Virus record (IMG/VR): IMGVR_UViG_2690316345_000009 | Strand: one strand, 5' to 3' | DNA length: 23,688 nucleotides | Origin: a virus | Lineage: Duplodnaviria > Heunggongvirae > Uroviricota > Caudoviricetes | Part shown: in pieces, positions 7,522 through 15,170 of the stretch | How positions within the stretch are numbered: position 1 is the first letter of the stretch | Layout of the letters: each line of letters starts with the position of its first letter | The notes under the pieces: generated by a model | Seen by the model: the letters and a program-made list of their open reading frames with translations, nothing else | Databases searched by the model: none | What the model was told of the DNA's origin: nothing | Translations under genes and position numbers: made by a program

Positions 7522-8580
7522 TTACGCTCCGGCTTCTGCTGCGGCGGCGCTGAAGTCGCCAATCTGGATGTTTTCCACAAGTGCGGCGCAGCGGTAGTCC
7601 TCAACCACATAGGCTTCGTTAACGGATTCAAAGTTTTCAATCCGGTCACGTTTCGGGTTGTCGATAACCGAACGGCGGCGGGTGTCCTCCTGCCAGTAAA
7701 TGGACAGGTTATCCAGACGGGTGATCAGCAGCGCATTCGGCGGGAAGAACGGCGCACGCACGGCCTGCAGGCCACCCATGCGTTTCTGACTGATGATCAT
7801 ATCGGCAGCCAGTTTTTCACTGTTTTCCTGCTCTTTGTTGACCAGCGGGAAATACTTGTCAGACAGCAGCTCACGACCACAAATCACCACCAGATCGTCA
7901 TCGTCCTGGTAGACCACGTCGATAAGCTCATTGACCGCATCCATCACCACAGCGTCCAGGTTGGCATATTCGCCACCTTTCCCGACTTTCACCGCACCCG
8001 GTGTGGTTTCACCGCCCGAGGTGGTGCTGCCCATGACGTGATCCGGTGCATCCTCACGGATTTTCTGCAGCCAGCCTTTGTTCACATCCTGCAGCAGCGG
8101 GTTTTCGCTACGGTTAGAGGTTTTCGCACGCTTCACGCCGTTAAAGCCGATCATGATGCGGTCCAGTGCCTGACGTTTCACGATGGCGTTACGGATACGC
8201 ACCTGGAAATCCTGAAACTTCGCCCACAGGTCCAGCTTCGCGTAGGTCAGCACCGTGTCAAAGTTGGTCTGTTCGCATTTGTATTCCACATCGACCATCA
8301 GCGTCGGATCGACAGGTTCACGCTCTTTCGCGGTGGTGTCAGTGGTTCCGGCAATGGTGCTGCCAACACCCAGCCCCAGCAGCTGACCGGACTGCTCAGT
8401 CACTGGCGTGACGTTAATCAGCGTCAGGAAAGCGGCGGACTGCTGGATCTGGTCTTCCAGCGTCTGCTGCACAGACGGCTCTACAGTGAACTTGCTGGAC
8501 AGTTCTTCAACTGCCACACCGTTCAGACGTGCCAGTTGCTGCAGGTAAGCGTTAAAAGCAAAGCGGGTATTCTTCTTCAT
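7522..8580 (-). CDS. Major capsid protein (P2 gpN-like)
   Basis: 352-aa ORF MKKNTRFAFNAYLQQLARLNGV...; size and sequence pattern of P2-family major capsid precursor; between scaffold and terminase small subunit. Confidence 0.9.
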   Translation of the reverse strand: MKKNTRFAFNAYLQQLARLNGVAVEELSSKFTVEPSVQQTLEDQIQQSAAFLTLINVTPVTEQSGQLLGLGVGSTIAGTTDTTAKEREPVDPTLMVDVEYKCEQTNFDTVLTYAKLDLWAKFQDFQVRIRNAIVKRQALDRIMIGFNGVKRAKTSNRSENPLLQDVNKGWLQKIREDAPDHVMGSTTSGGETTPGAVKVGKGGEYANLDAVVMDAVNELIDVVYQDDDDLVVICGRELLSDKYFPLVNKEQENSEKLAADMIISQKRMGGLQAVRAPFFPPNALLITRLDNLSIYWQEDTRRRSVIDNPKRDRIENFESVNEAYVVEDYRCAALVENIQIGDFSAAAAEAGA

Positions 8581-8596
8581 CAGGTTTTGTGCTCCA

Positions 8597-9430
8597 TCAG
8601 CAATTGGTCAGAGTGTCAGCGGGGGCGTTACCGCCTGTTGCACGCTGGCGGTAGTCCTGGCGGCTGTCTTCATGACTCAGCTTATTCACCAGTTCGTTAA
8701 AGGCGGTTTGCTGCTCCTGCAGAGCAGTCTCCAGCTCAGACAGGCGTTCTTCCTGCTCAGACAGGGATTTTTCGGTGCGTGCGCTCAGGTTCTGCTGCTC
8801 AGTGGCGACCAGCTCCACGGCCTTATGTACATCAGAGAACCGGGCGTCATCGGACTGCTCTTTTTTGGTAAACAGCGCCGTGACACGGGCAAACAGGGAC
8901 GGCTTGTCCTCCTGGATTTCTTCCAGTTCGATCACCGTTTCCTCTGCAGCGGTAAAAAGATTGGCGGGATTCTGCTTGCGGTTTGCCAGCGGGTTATGGG
9001 CTGCACTGGCGCTGAATGTCAGCATTTCAGTGCCCAGACTGGCAGGGTCATCAGTGGCCGCCAGGCCGACCAGGTAGGCTTTGCCCGTATCAGCAAACTT
9101 CGGGCTGACTTCCATAGAGGTGAATAATTTCTGGCCTTTTTTCACCAGCTCCACCAGGGACTCCGTTGGCTCAACGTCGGCATACAGCGCCATCTTGCCC
9201 GCCAGCGGACCTTCCGTGATTTCTTCAGCAAACAGCGCCGTCACCTTGCCGTAGCGATTAAAGGTGCTGTCCGGCAGATAAGACTTGATGTGCTCAAGGT
9301 TAATCAGCGCGGTATACACCGCCGGGTTGTAGCTGGCTGCCATCTGTTCCAGCCATTCACGCTGGATTTCACGTCCGTCGGTAGTGGCACCTTCCACCCC
9401 GATGCGAAAACGCTTTGCTTTCACTGTCAT
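8597..9430 (-). CDS. Capsid scaffolding protein (P2 gpO-like)
   Basis: 277-aa ORF with N-terminal protease-like region and acidic, coiled-coil-rich C-terminus (EQEERLSELETALQEQQTAFNELV); first gene transcribed leftward from the divergent late-promoter region. Confidence 0.85.
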   Translation of the reverse strand: MTVKAKRFRIGVEGATTDGREIQREWLEQMAASYNPAVYTALINLEHIKSYLPDSTFNRYGKVTALFAEEITEGPLAGKMALYADVEPTESLVELVKKGQKLFTSMEVSPKFADTGKAYLVGLAATDDPASLGTEMLTFSASAAHNPLANRKQNPANLFTAAEETVIELEEIQEDKPSLFARVTALFTKKEQSDDARFSDVHKAVELVATEQQNLSARTEKSLSEQEERLSELETALQEQQTAFNELVNKLSHEDSRQDYRQRATGGNAPADTLTNC

Positions 9431-9493
9431 GAGCCGTGCTCCGTTAGAAAAAACTTACTGGAGCCTTATGGTTGCGGTGATGGGGGCAGTGAA

Positions 9494-9526
9494 ACAATGC
9501 GCGGTATTTGTACCGACAACCACACA
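9494..9526. promoter_or_regulatory. Compound dyad ACA-N12-TGT-N12-ACA in the divergent late-promoter region between scaffold and terminase genes (candidate late-activator site)
   Basis: AACAATGCGCGGTATTTGTACCGACAACCACACA: the TGT-N12-ACA half is centred ~55 nt upstream of the terminase large-subunit ATG, the same spacing as the dyad before the V-like gene. Coordinates approximate. Confidence 0.45.
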
Positions 9527-9572
9527 AACCGCAGGCGGGGAAAGCCTTCATTCAAGGCTGTAGGTTTGTGCC

Positions 9573-11339
9573 ATGAACACCACACTGACACCCGCAGATC
9601 TCGATCCCCGTCGGCAGGCCATGCTGCTGTACTTTCAGGGATACCGCGTAGCCCGCATTGCTGAAATGCTGGGCGAGAAAGTTGCAACCGTTCACAGCTG
9701 GAAAAAACGCGACAAGTGGGGTGACTATGGGCCGCTGGATCAGATGCAGCTCACCACCGCCGCACGCTACTGCCAGCTCATTATGAAGGAGCACAAAGAA
9801 GGGAAAGATTTCAAAGAGATTGACCTGCTGGCGCGCCAGTCGGAGCGCCACGCGCGGATCGGCAAGTTTAACAATGGCGGCAACGAAGCCGACTTAAACC
9901 CTAACGTCGCCAACCGCAACAAAGGCCCGCGCCGTCAGCCGGAAAAGAATGTTTTCACCGATGAGCAGATTGAGAAGCTGGAAGAAATCTTCCATTCCTC
10001 CATGTTCAACTACCAGCGCCACTGGTGGGAAGCCGGAAAAGCTAACCGCATCCGCAACCTGCTGAAGTCACGCCAGATCGGCGCGACCTTTTACTTTGCC
10101 CGTGAAGCCCTGATTGACGCCCTGCTTACCGGACGTAACCAGATTTTCCTTTCTGCCAGTAAGGCACAGGCTCACGTCTTTAAGCAGTACATCATCGACT
10201 TCGCCAAAGAAGTCGAGGTGGAGCTGAAAGGTGATCCGATGGTGCTTCCTAACGGGGCCACGCTGTATTTCCTCGGCACCAATGCCCGCACGGCCCAGAG
10301 TTACCACGGCAACCTGTATCTGGATGAATATTTCTGGATACCGAAATTCCAGGAGCTGCGCAAAGTGGCTTCCGGTATGGCTATTCACAAAAAATGGCGA
10401 CAAACCTATTTTTCCACGCCATCCAGCCTGACACACAGTGCTTATCCGTTCTGGTCCGGTGCGCTGTTTAACCGTGGGCGCAACAAAGCCGATAAGGTGG
10501 ACATCGACCTGTCCCACAACAATCTGGCCCCCGGCCTGCTGTGCGCAGACGGGCAATACCGCCAGATAGTCACCGTGGAAGATGCGGTGCGCGGCGGCTG
10601 TAACCTGTTCGACCTCGACCAGCTACGCATGGAGTACAGCCCGGACGAATACCAGAACCTGCTGATGTGCGAGTTCGTGGACGATCTCGCGTCCGTGTTC
10701 CCGCTCAGCGAACTGCAGGCGTGCATGGTGGACAGTTGGGAAGTCTGGACCGACTTTCATGCACTGGCCCTGCGCCCGTTTGGCTGGCGCGAGGTGTGGA
10801 TCGGTTATGACCCGGCAAAAGGTACGCAGAATGGCGACAGCGCCGGATGCGTGGTGGTGGCACCGCCAGCCGTGCCAGGCGGTAAGTTTCGCATTCTTGA
10901 GCGTCACCAGTGGCGCGGGATGGACTTCCGCGCCCAGGCTGATGCAATCAAAAAACTGACCGAGCAGTACAACGTGACCTACATCGGCATCGACTCGACA
11001 GGTGTCGGCCACGGGGTTTACGAGAACGTGAAAGCGTTTTTTCCAGCCGTCCGGGAGTTTGTCTACAACCCCAACGTTAAAAACGCCCTGGTACTCAAGG
11101 CCTACGACATTATCAGTCACCGTCGTCTGGAGTTTGACGCCGGACACACCGACATAGCGCAGTCATTTATGGCAATCCGTCGCGCCACCACCGCCAGCGG
11201 CAACCGCCCAACCTATGAAGCCAGCCGCAGCGAAGAAGCCAGCCATGCCGATCTGGCCTGGGCAACAATGCACGCACTGTTTAACGAACCGCTGCAGGGC
11301 GAGTCCGCCAATACCAGCAATATTGTGGAGATTTTTTGA
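9573..11339 (+). CDS. Terminase large (ATPase) subunit (P2 gpP-like)
   Basis: 588-aa ORF MNTTLTPADLDPRRQAMLLYFQGYRVARIAEMLGEKVATVHSWKKRDKWGDY...; length and sequence characteristic of P2-family terminase ATPase; followed by the overlapping portal gene. Confidence 0.9.
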   Translation: MNTTLTPADLDPRRQAMLLYFQGYRVARIAEMLGEKVATVHSWKKRDKWGDYGPLDQMQLTTAARYCQLIMKEHKEGKDFKEIDLLARQSERHARIGKFNNGGNEADLNPNVANRNKGPRRQPEKNVFTDEQIEKLEEIFHSSMFNYQRHWWEAGKANRIRNLLKSRQIGATFYFAREALIDALLTGRNQIFLSASKAQAHVFKQYIIDFAKEVEVELKGDPMVLPNGATLYFLGTNARTAQSYHGNLYLDEYFWIPKFQELRKVASGMAIHKKWRQTYFSTPSSLTHSAYPFWSGALFNRGRNKADKVDIDLSHNNLAPGLLCADGQYRQIVTVEDAVRGGCNLFDLDQLRMEYSPDEYQNLLMCEFVDDLASVFPLSELQACMVDSWEVWTDFHALALRPFGWREVWIGYDPAKGTQNGDSAGCVVVAPPAVPGGKFRILERHQWRGMDFRAQADAIKKLTEQYNVTYIGIDSTGVGHGVYENVKAFFPAVREFVYNPNVKNALVLKAYDIISHRRLEFDAGHTDIAQSFMAIRRATTASGNRPTYEASRSEEASHADLAWATMHALFNEPLQGESANTSNIVEIF

Positions 11340-12364
11340 TGGGAAAGAGTAAAAAAAACCGCGTAGCGGCGATGAATCAGATCCAGCATAAAAGCCAGAC
11401 TTCAGCCGAAGCATTCAGCTTCGGCGATCCCGTTCCTGTTCTGGACCGCCGTGAACTGCTGGACTATGTGGAATGCGTACAGACAGATCGATGGTATGAG
11501 CCGCCAGTGAGTTTTGACGGGCTGGCGCGCACCTTTCGCGCCGCCGTGCATCACAGCTCACCGATTGCGGTGAAATGCAATATTCTGACCAGTACCTACA
11601 TCCCTCACCCGCTGCTCAGCCAGCAGGCTTTTTCACGTTTTGTGCAGGACTATCTGGTATTTGGTAACGCCTACCTGGAGAAACGCACGAACCGCTTCGG
11701 TGAAGTTATCGCCCTTGAGCCTGCTCTGGCAAAATACACCCGACGCGGGTTAGACCTGGATACCTACTGGTTTGTGCAATACGGTATGACAACCCAGCCG
11801 TATCAGTTCACGAAAGGCAGCATTTTTCATCTGATGGAACCGGACATCAACCAGGAGATCTACGGCCTGCCAGGTTATCTTTCTGCCATTCCGTCAGCCC
11901 TGCTCAACGAGTCCGCCACGCTGTTCCGCCGGAAGTATTACATTAACGGCAGTCATGCAGGCTTCATCATGTACATGACCGATGCCGCGCAGAACCAGGA
12001 GGATGTGAACAACCTCCGCAATGCGATGAAAAGCGCCAAAGGCCCTGGCAACTTCCGCAACCTGTTTATGTACTCGCCTAACGGCAAAAAGGACGGGCTT
12101 CAGATCATCCCGTTGTCAGAAGTCGCGGCGAAGGATGAATTTCTTAACATCAAGAACGTGAGTCGGGATGACATGATGGCAGCGCATCGTGTGCCGCCAC
12201 AAATGATGGGGATAATGCCTAATAATGTTGGGGGATTTGGGGATGTAGAAAAAGCCAGTAAGGTATTTGTGAAAAATGAATTATTACCATTACAAAAAAG
12301 AATGAAAGAATTTAATCATTGGAGCGGTGAAGAAATTATAAAATTCGAGAGATATCAAATTTAG
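11339..12364 (+). CDS. Portal protein (P2 gpQ-like)
   Basis: Track ORF 11336..12364 begins at a TTG; the adjacent ATG gives MGKSKKNRVAAMNQIQHKSQTSAEAFSFGDPVPV...; ~341 aa, P2 gpQ-like; start overlaps the terminase stop. Confidence 0.9.
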   Translation: MGKSKKNRVAAMNQIQHKSQTSAEAFSFGDPVPVLDRRELLDYVECVQTDRWYEPPVSFDGLARTFRAAVHHSSPIAVKCNILTSTYIPHPLLSQQAFSRFVQDYLVFGNAYLEKRTNRFGEVIALEPALAKYTRRGLDLDTYWFVQYGMTTQPYQFTKGSIFHLMEPDINQEIYGLPGYLSAIPSALLNESATLFRRKYYINGSHAGFIMYMTDAAQNQEDVNNLRNAMKSAKGPGNFRNLFMYSPNGKKDGLQIIPLSEVAAKDEFLNIKNVSRDDMMAAHRVPPQMMGIMPNNVGGFGDVEKASKVFVKNELLPLQKRMKEFNHWSGEEIIKFERYQI

Positions 12365-12370
12365 CAAAGT

Positions 12371-12386
12371 GCCTCTAAAAGAGGCG
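12371..12386. terminator. Short hairpin between the convergent portal and DprA-like genes (possible bidirectional terminator)
   Basis: GCCTCT-AAAA-GAGGC sits exactly between the two stop codons (TAG at ~12362-12364 on plus, TAA at ~12389-12391 on minus). Stem is short and flanking T-runs are weak. Confidence 0.4.
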
Positions 12387-12388
12387 CT

Positions 12389-13363
12389 TTAAATCAAGTC
12401 TAATGTACTCTGTTTCCCTGGCCATTTTAGCTCTAACAAATACTCCCGGGACTCATTTATGATCATAATCACATCATCATAATCCCGTTTTGTTTTTAGC
12501 GCTCTAGCCATGTTGCTCTTAACTAAATCAACTGTTCCCTCACAATTAAGATTAAGCGGATTATTAGGTAGGTGAGGTACAACCGCAAACACTGGTCTTT
12601 TCGCCTTATTTGCAAACTCAGCTTGAGTTATCGTTCCGCTATTTAACGCAGCCTCGATTAAAATTGAACCTGCAGATAATCCAACTTGTATCCGATTTCT
12701 TTGTACAAATGATTGTTTCTGGGCCGGCCGACCCATAGGATACTCAGAAATCCATGCACCACCTTTATCCAGAATCTCTTGAGCAAGTCGACTGTTTTGC
12801 TTCGGCTTAGCCTCCTCAAGACCATGCGCCAAGACAGCAATGGTTTTTCCTTTTGCCTGTAACGTTGCCTTGTGGGCATTCGCATCAGTGCCTATTGCTA
12901 ACCCACTTACAACAATATACCCAGCAGACACTATCTGATTAGTGATCCGCCTCGTTATTTCTTCCCCTGCAGGGGAGGTATCACGGGATCCTACAATTGC
13001 GACACCCGGCAATTCTTTGAGTATACTTTTATCCCCTTTTATGTAGAGAATTGATGGTGGATTAGGAGTAAAAGCTAAACTAAGAGGATAGAATTCAGAC
13101 CCATATGGTATTAGCTCCACACCATTAACATGGTGGTTCTCCAATTCAGCGTTCGCTATTAGAAAATCAGTCTCAGATATTTTATCTTTTAGAAACCCGT
13201 GGCTATTAACCATCTCAGTTAAGTCGCGTATATCACGAATAACATCAAAATCGATAAGCTCAAAGAATTTTAATACACTTTGATCAGATGCTAGCTTCCC
13301 GATTTGAATAGCTAATCCAAGTGTATTTTTTAATTCTTCTGAGTGCACTTTGCTACTCCTCAT
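12389..13363 (-). CDS. DprA/Smf-like (Rossmann, SLOG-type) domain protein; candidate ShosA-like component
   Basis: 324-aa ORF with DprA-family core motifs GVAIVGSRDTSPAGEE...GYIVVSGLAIGTDANAHKATL...IAVLAHGL; overlaps the upstream PRTase gene by ~11 nt on the same strand; AT-rich relative to the phage core. Confidence 0.6.
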   Translation of the reverse strand: MRSSKVHSEELKNTLGLAIQIGKLASDQSVLKFFELIDFDVIRDIRDLTEMVNSHGFLKDKISETDFLIANAELENHHVNGVELIPYGSEFYPLSLAFTPNPPSILYIKGDKSILKELPGVAIVGSRDTSPAGEEITRRITNQIVSAGYIVVSGLAIGTDANAHKATLQAKGKTIAVLAHGLEEAKPKQNSRLAQEILDKGGAWISEYPMGRPAQKQSFVQRNRIQVGLSAGSILIEAALNSGTITQAEFANKAKRPVFAVVPHLPNNPLNLNCEGTVDLVKSNMARALKTKRDYDDVIMIINESREYLLELKWPGKQSTLDLI

Positions 13364-13928
13364 AGTTTGCAGTTTCTAGCAGAGCTAATGGCATTATAAC
13401 TCCAGCTCCTGCAGACTCCAGTAAATAAAAACACGCAGACAAACTACCGCCTGTTGTTTTAACATCATCTAGTAGTAACACATTTCGCCCCATGAGGTTA
13501 CCACCCCTAACTCTGATACTAGACATGTGACCAGTAATTGAGCGATCTCCTCCTTCACGATGTGCGCTAGGAACAGTGCGTGTTCTTTCCAAACAGCAAT
13601 CAACAATGCCCCGACGGTGAACATTTACGATTCGCTCGGCGACCTCAATCAAAGCCGGTGAAATTCTGCCTTCAGTGTGAGACGGGACAACTGCTATCGA
13701 AAAAGGAGACTCAACAAAACGCCCACCGCCACCTCTGATTACTAACCGCCCAACCTTATCTATAGCTAATCGAGAAAAACGGTTAATGGCCCTTTGATGA
13801 TTACGATTATTTTCATCCTTAAAATCCATCATCTGCCTTGATAGTTCATCGCTATGAGGGTTGCGCTCTCCCAAATGCCAGTAGGGGTGATACAAGCCAC
13901 ACGATGTAATACTTACGGGTAAAAGCAT
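13353..13928 (-). CDS. Phosphoribosyltransferase (PRTase) domain protein; candidate ShosT-like component
   Basis: 191-aa ORF containing the type I PRTase PRPP-binding signature VLLLDDVKTTGGSL; first gene of a two-gene cassette with the DprA-like gene; sits between cos and the portal gene. Confidence 0.6.
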   Translation of the reverse strand: MLLPVSITSCGLYHPYWHLGERNPHSDELSRQMMDFKDENNRNHQRAINRFSRLAIDKVGRLVIRGGGGRFVESPFSIAVVPSHTEGRISPALIEVAERIVNVHRRGIVDCCLERTRTVPSAHREGGDRSITGHMSSIRVRGGNLMGRNVLLLDDVKTTGGSLSACFYLLESAGAGVIMPLALLETANYEE

Positions 13929-14045
13929 TCTTTATTCTCATGTAGTCCTAACTCAAACAATGTTAAGCGAAATGATATTTCATAGACAAACACAAATTTA
14001 AGAATAATCTCAATGATCACATTTTTGATTATGAAACAAAGCCAA

Positions 14046-14077
14046 GAGTTAGCGCGCGCTCGTATCCCCGCCACGCC
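14046..14077 (-). other. Candidate cos site (cohesive-end region) of the P2/186 family
   Basis: Minus strand reads GGCGTGGCGGGGATACGAGCGCGCGCT..., matching the first 13 nt of the 186 cohesive end as I recall it (GGCGTGGCGGGGAAAGCAT) and the flanking GCGCGCT of the P2 left end. Lies in a ~490-bp non-coding gap and is oriented so that the portal gene is on the left-end side, as in P2. Coordinates approximate. Confidence 0.6.
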
Positions 14078-14366
14078 TGCCCGCTTTGTGCAATGGTTTT
14101 CATGCAGGTGCATAACATACGAAAAAGTCCGTCACAACTGGCACGCCTGCGTTACAACGCTCCTCAAACGGTCATGCGATCTCATGCAGCATAGCCATGC
14201 ACTTAGGGGAGAAGTGAATGTTCGTAACCAAATGACCGTTTATATATCGAAGCAGAAGAACTAAGAAAGCTTGAGGTGTGCTTTGAACGTTAAACATAGT
14301 ATGTAAATGGTTTATTTTCCCGAGATACTCACTCGGGCCCAATCTGCTTATCGTCTTCATAAAATC

Positions 14367-14396
14367 AAACGTTCAGCCAAGAATATCTGAACGTTT
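14367..14396 (-). terminator. 10-bp-stem hairpin downstream of the HNH gene (candidate terminator of the ATPase-HNH operon)
   Basis: AAACGTTCAG-(10 nt loop)-CTGAACGTTT, ~30 nt past the HNH gene stop; followed on the minus strand by GATTTTATG. Loop is long for a canonical intrinsic terminator. Confidence 0.4.
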
Positions 14397-14422
14397 AGCT
14401 TTTATGGGCAAAACTGTATTAA

Positions 14423-15169
14423 CTAGCGAATTGACGGTAACGTCAGGCTCAAAGATTCATCATGAAGTTCCTGCATATAATCTGACCATAATCCTTGCAT
14501 CTGCATGGTTTCTTTCAGATAAGAATATTCGACTGAACGATGAAGCATTGTTGCTGATACTGCAGAAAAGGGAGATGTTTTCTGACACTCACCTAATATT
14601 GCCTCGACTAGATTCATAAGAATGTTTTTACGTCTAGTACTTGGATTCTCATTAAACCAATTAAGTTTTTCTATTGCGTCATCAATACTGCTATCTATAA
14701 GTTCCCCTGCTTTACAACGCGGTATAAACTTGTGCTCCCTGTGATTAAAGTTTAAAACATCCACTGTTGTTTTACCTAAATCAGTTTTACCTTTAATACG
14801 ATACCCTATCATATAAAGGTGTTCTGACGGTAAATCGTTGCATGGATTTATTATAGGATTGAGTACAACATTATGGCGTTGTTTTGAACCATTACAGTGA
14901 CGGCATGAAGGAAGGAGATTTTCCCATCTAATAACATCATCAGGGAAATTTTTTTTATCCTTAAAATGCTCAATTTCATTATAGGTGCTAGCCTCTTCAA
15001 GCTTGACCTCACAAAATGCACATTTGCCATTACTTAATTTTAGACATGCCGATTTTACTTCCGGATGATGCCAAACAGATGTTCCATTATCTTTAAACTC
15101 CTGAGTTAAAGATAGAAGATCAACACGAGTAAAAAAATCAGGAATAAAGTTCCGTTCAAGCTTAATCAT
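14423..15169 (-). CDS. HNH endonuclease-domain protein; candidate Septu PtuB-like nuclease
   Basis: 248-aa ORF with HNH-type arrangement CAFCEVKL...EIEHFKDKK...WENLLPSCRHCNGSK; start 1 nt after the stop of the upstream ATPase gene; strongly AT-rich. Confidence 0.7.
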   Translation of the reverse strand: MIKLERNFIPDFFTRVDLLSLTQEFKDNGTSVWHHPEVKSACLKLSNGKCAFCEVKLEEASTYNEIEHFKDKKNFPDDVIRWENLLPSCRHCNGSKQRHNVVLNPIINPCNDLPSEHLYMIGYRIKGKTDLGKTTVDVLNFNHREHKFIPRCKAGELIDSSIDDAIEKLNWFNENPSTRRKNILMNLVEAILGECQKTSPFSAVSATMLHRSVEYSYLKETMQMQGLWSDYMQELHDESLSLTLPSIR

Positions 15170-15170
15170 T

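Noticed and set aside
7189-8700. Long 503-aa plus-strand ORF overlapping the capsid and terminase small-subunit genes
   Set aside because: Lies antisense to two well-supported, syntenic P2-type genes; the translation is low-complexity (Arg/His/Gln/Val-rich) with no domain signature, typical of a spurious open frame in GC-rich antisense sequence.
8672-9127. 151-aa and 100-aa plus-strand ORFs over the scaffold gene
   Set aside because: Antisense to the scaffold gene; low-complexity translations; no independent support.
10068-11147. Minus-strand ORFs (162, 94, 174, 80 aa) within the terminase large-subunit gene
   Set aside because: All are antisense or alternate-frame to the 588-aa terminase ORF, which is strongly supported by homology and operon context.
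12365-12388. Expectation from the P2 map that cos lies immediately next to the portal gene stop
   Set aside because: Only ~24 nt separate the portal stop from the convergent DprA-like gene stop and they hold just a short hairpin; the cos-like sequence is found ~1.7 kb further right, beyond the PRTase/DprA cassette.
12658-12885. 75-aa minus-strand ORF inside the DprA-like gene
   Set aside because: Alternate frame fully contained within the longer ORF that carries the DprA motifs; no start context.
13913-14360. Three short ORFs (66, 83, 62 aa) in the gap between the two cargo cassettes
   Set aside because: They cover the candidate cos site and flanking packaging/terminator sequence, overlap each other on opposite strands and lack RBS; the region is better explained as non-coding cos/regulatory DNA.
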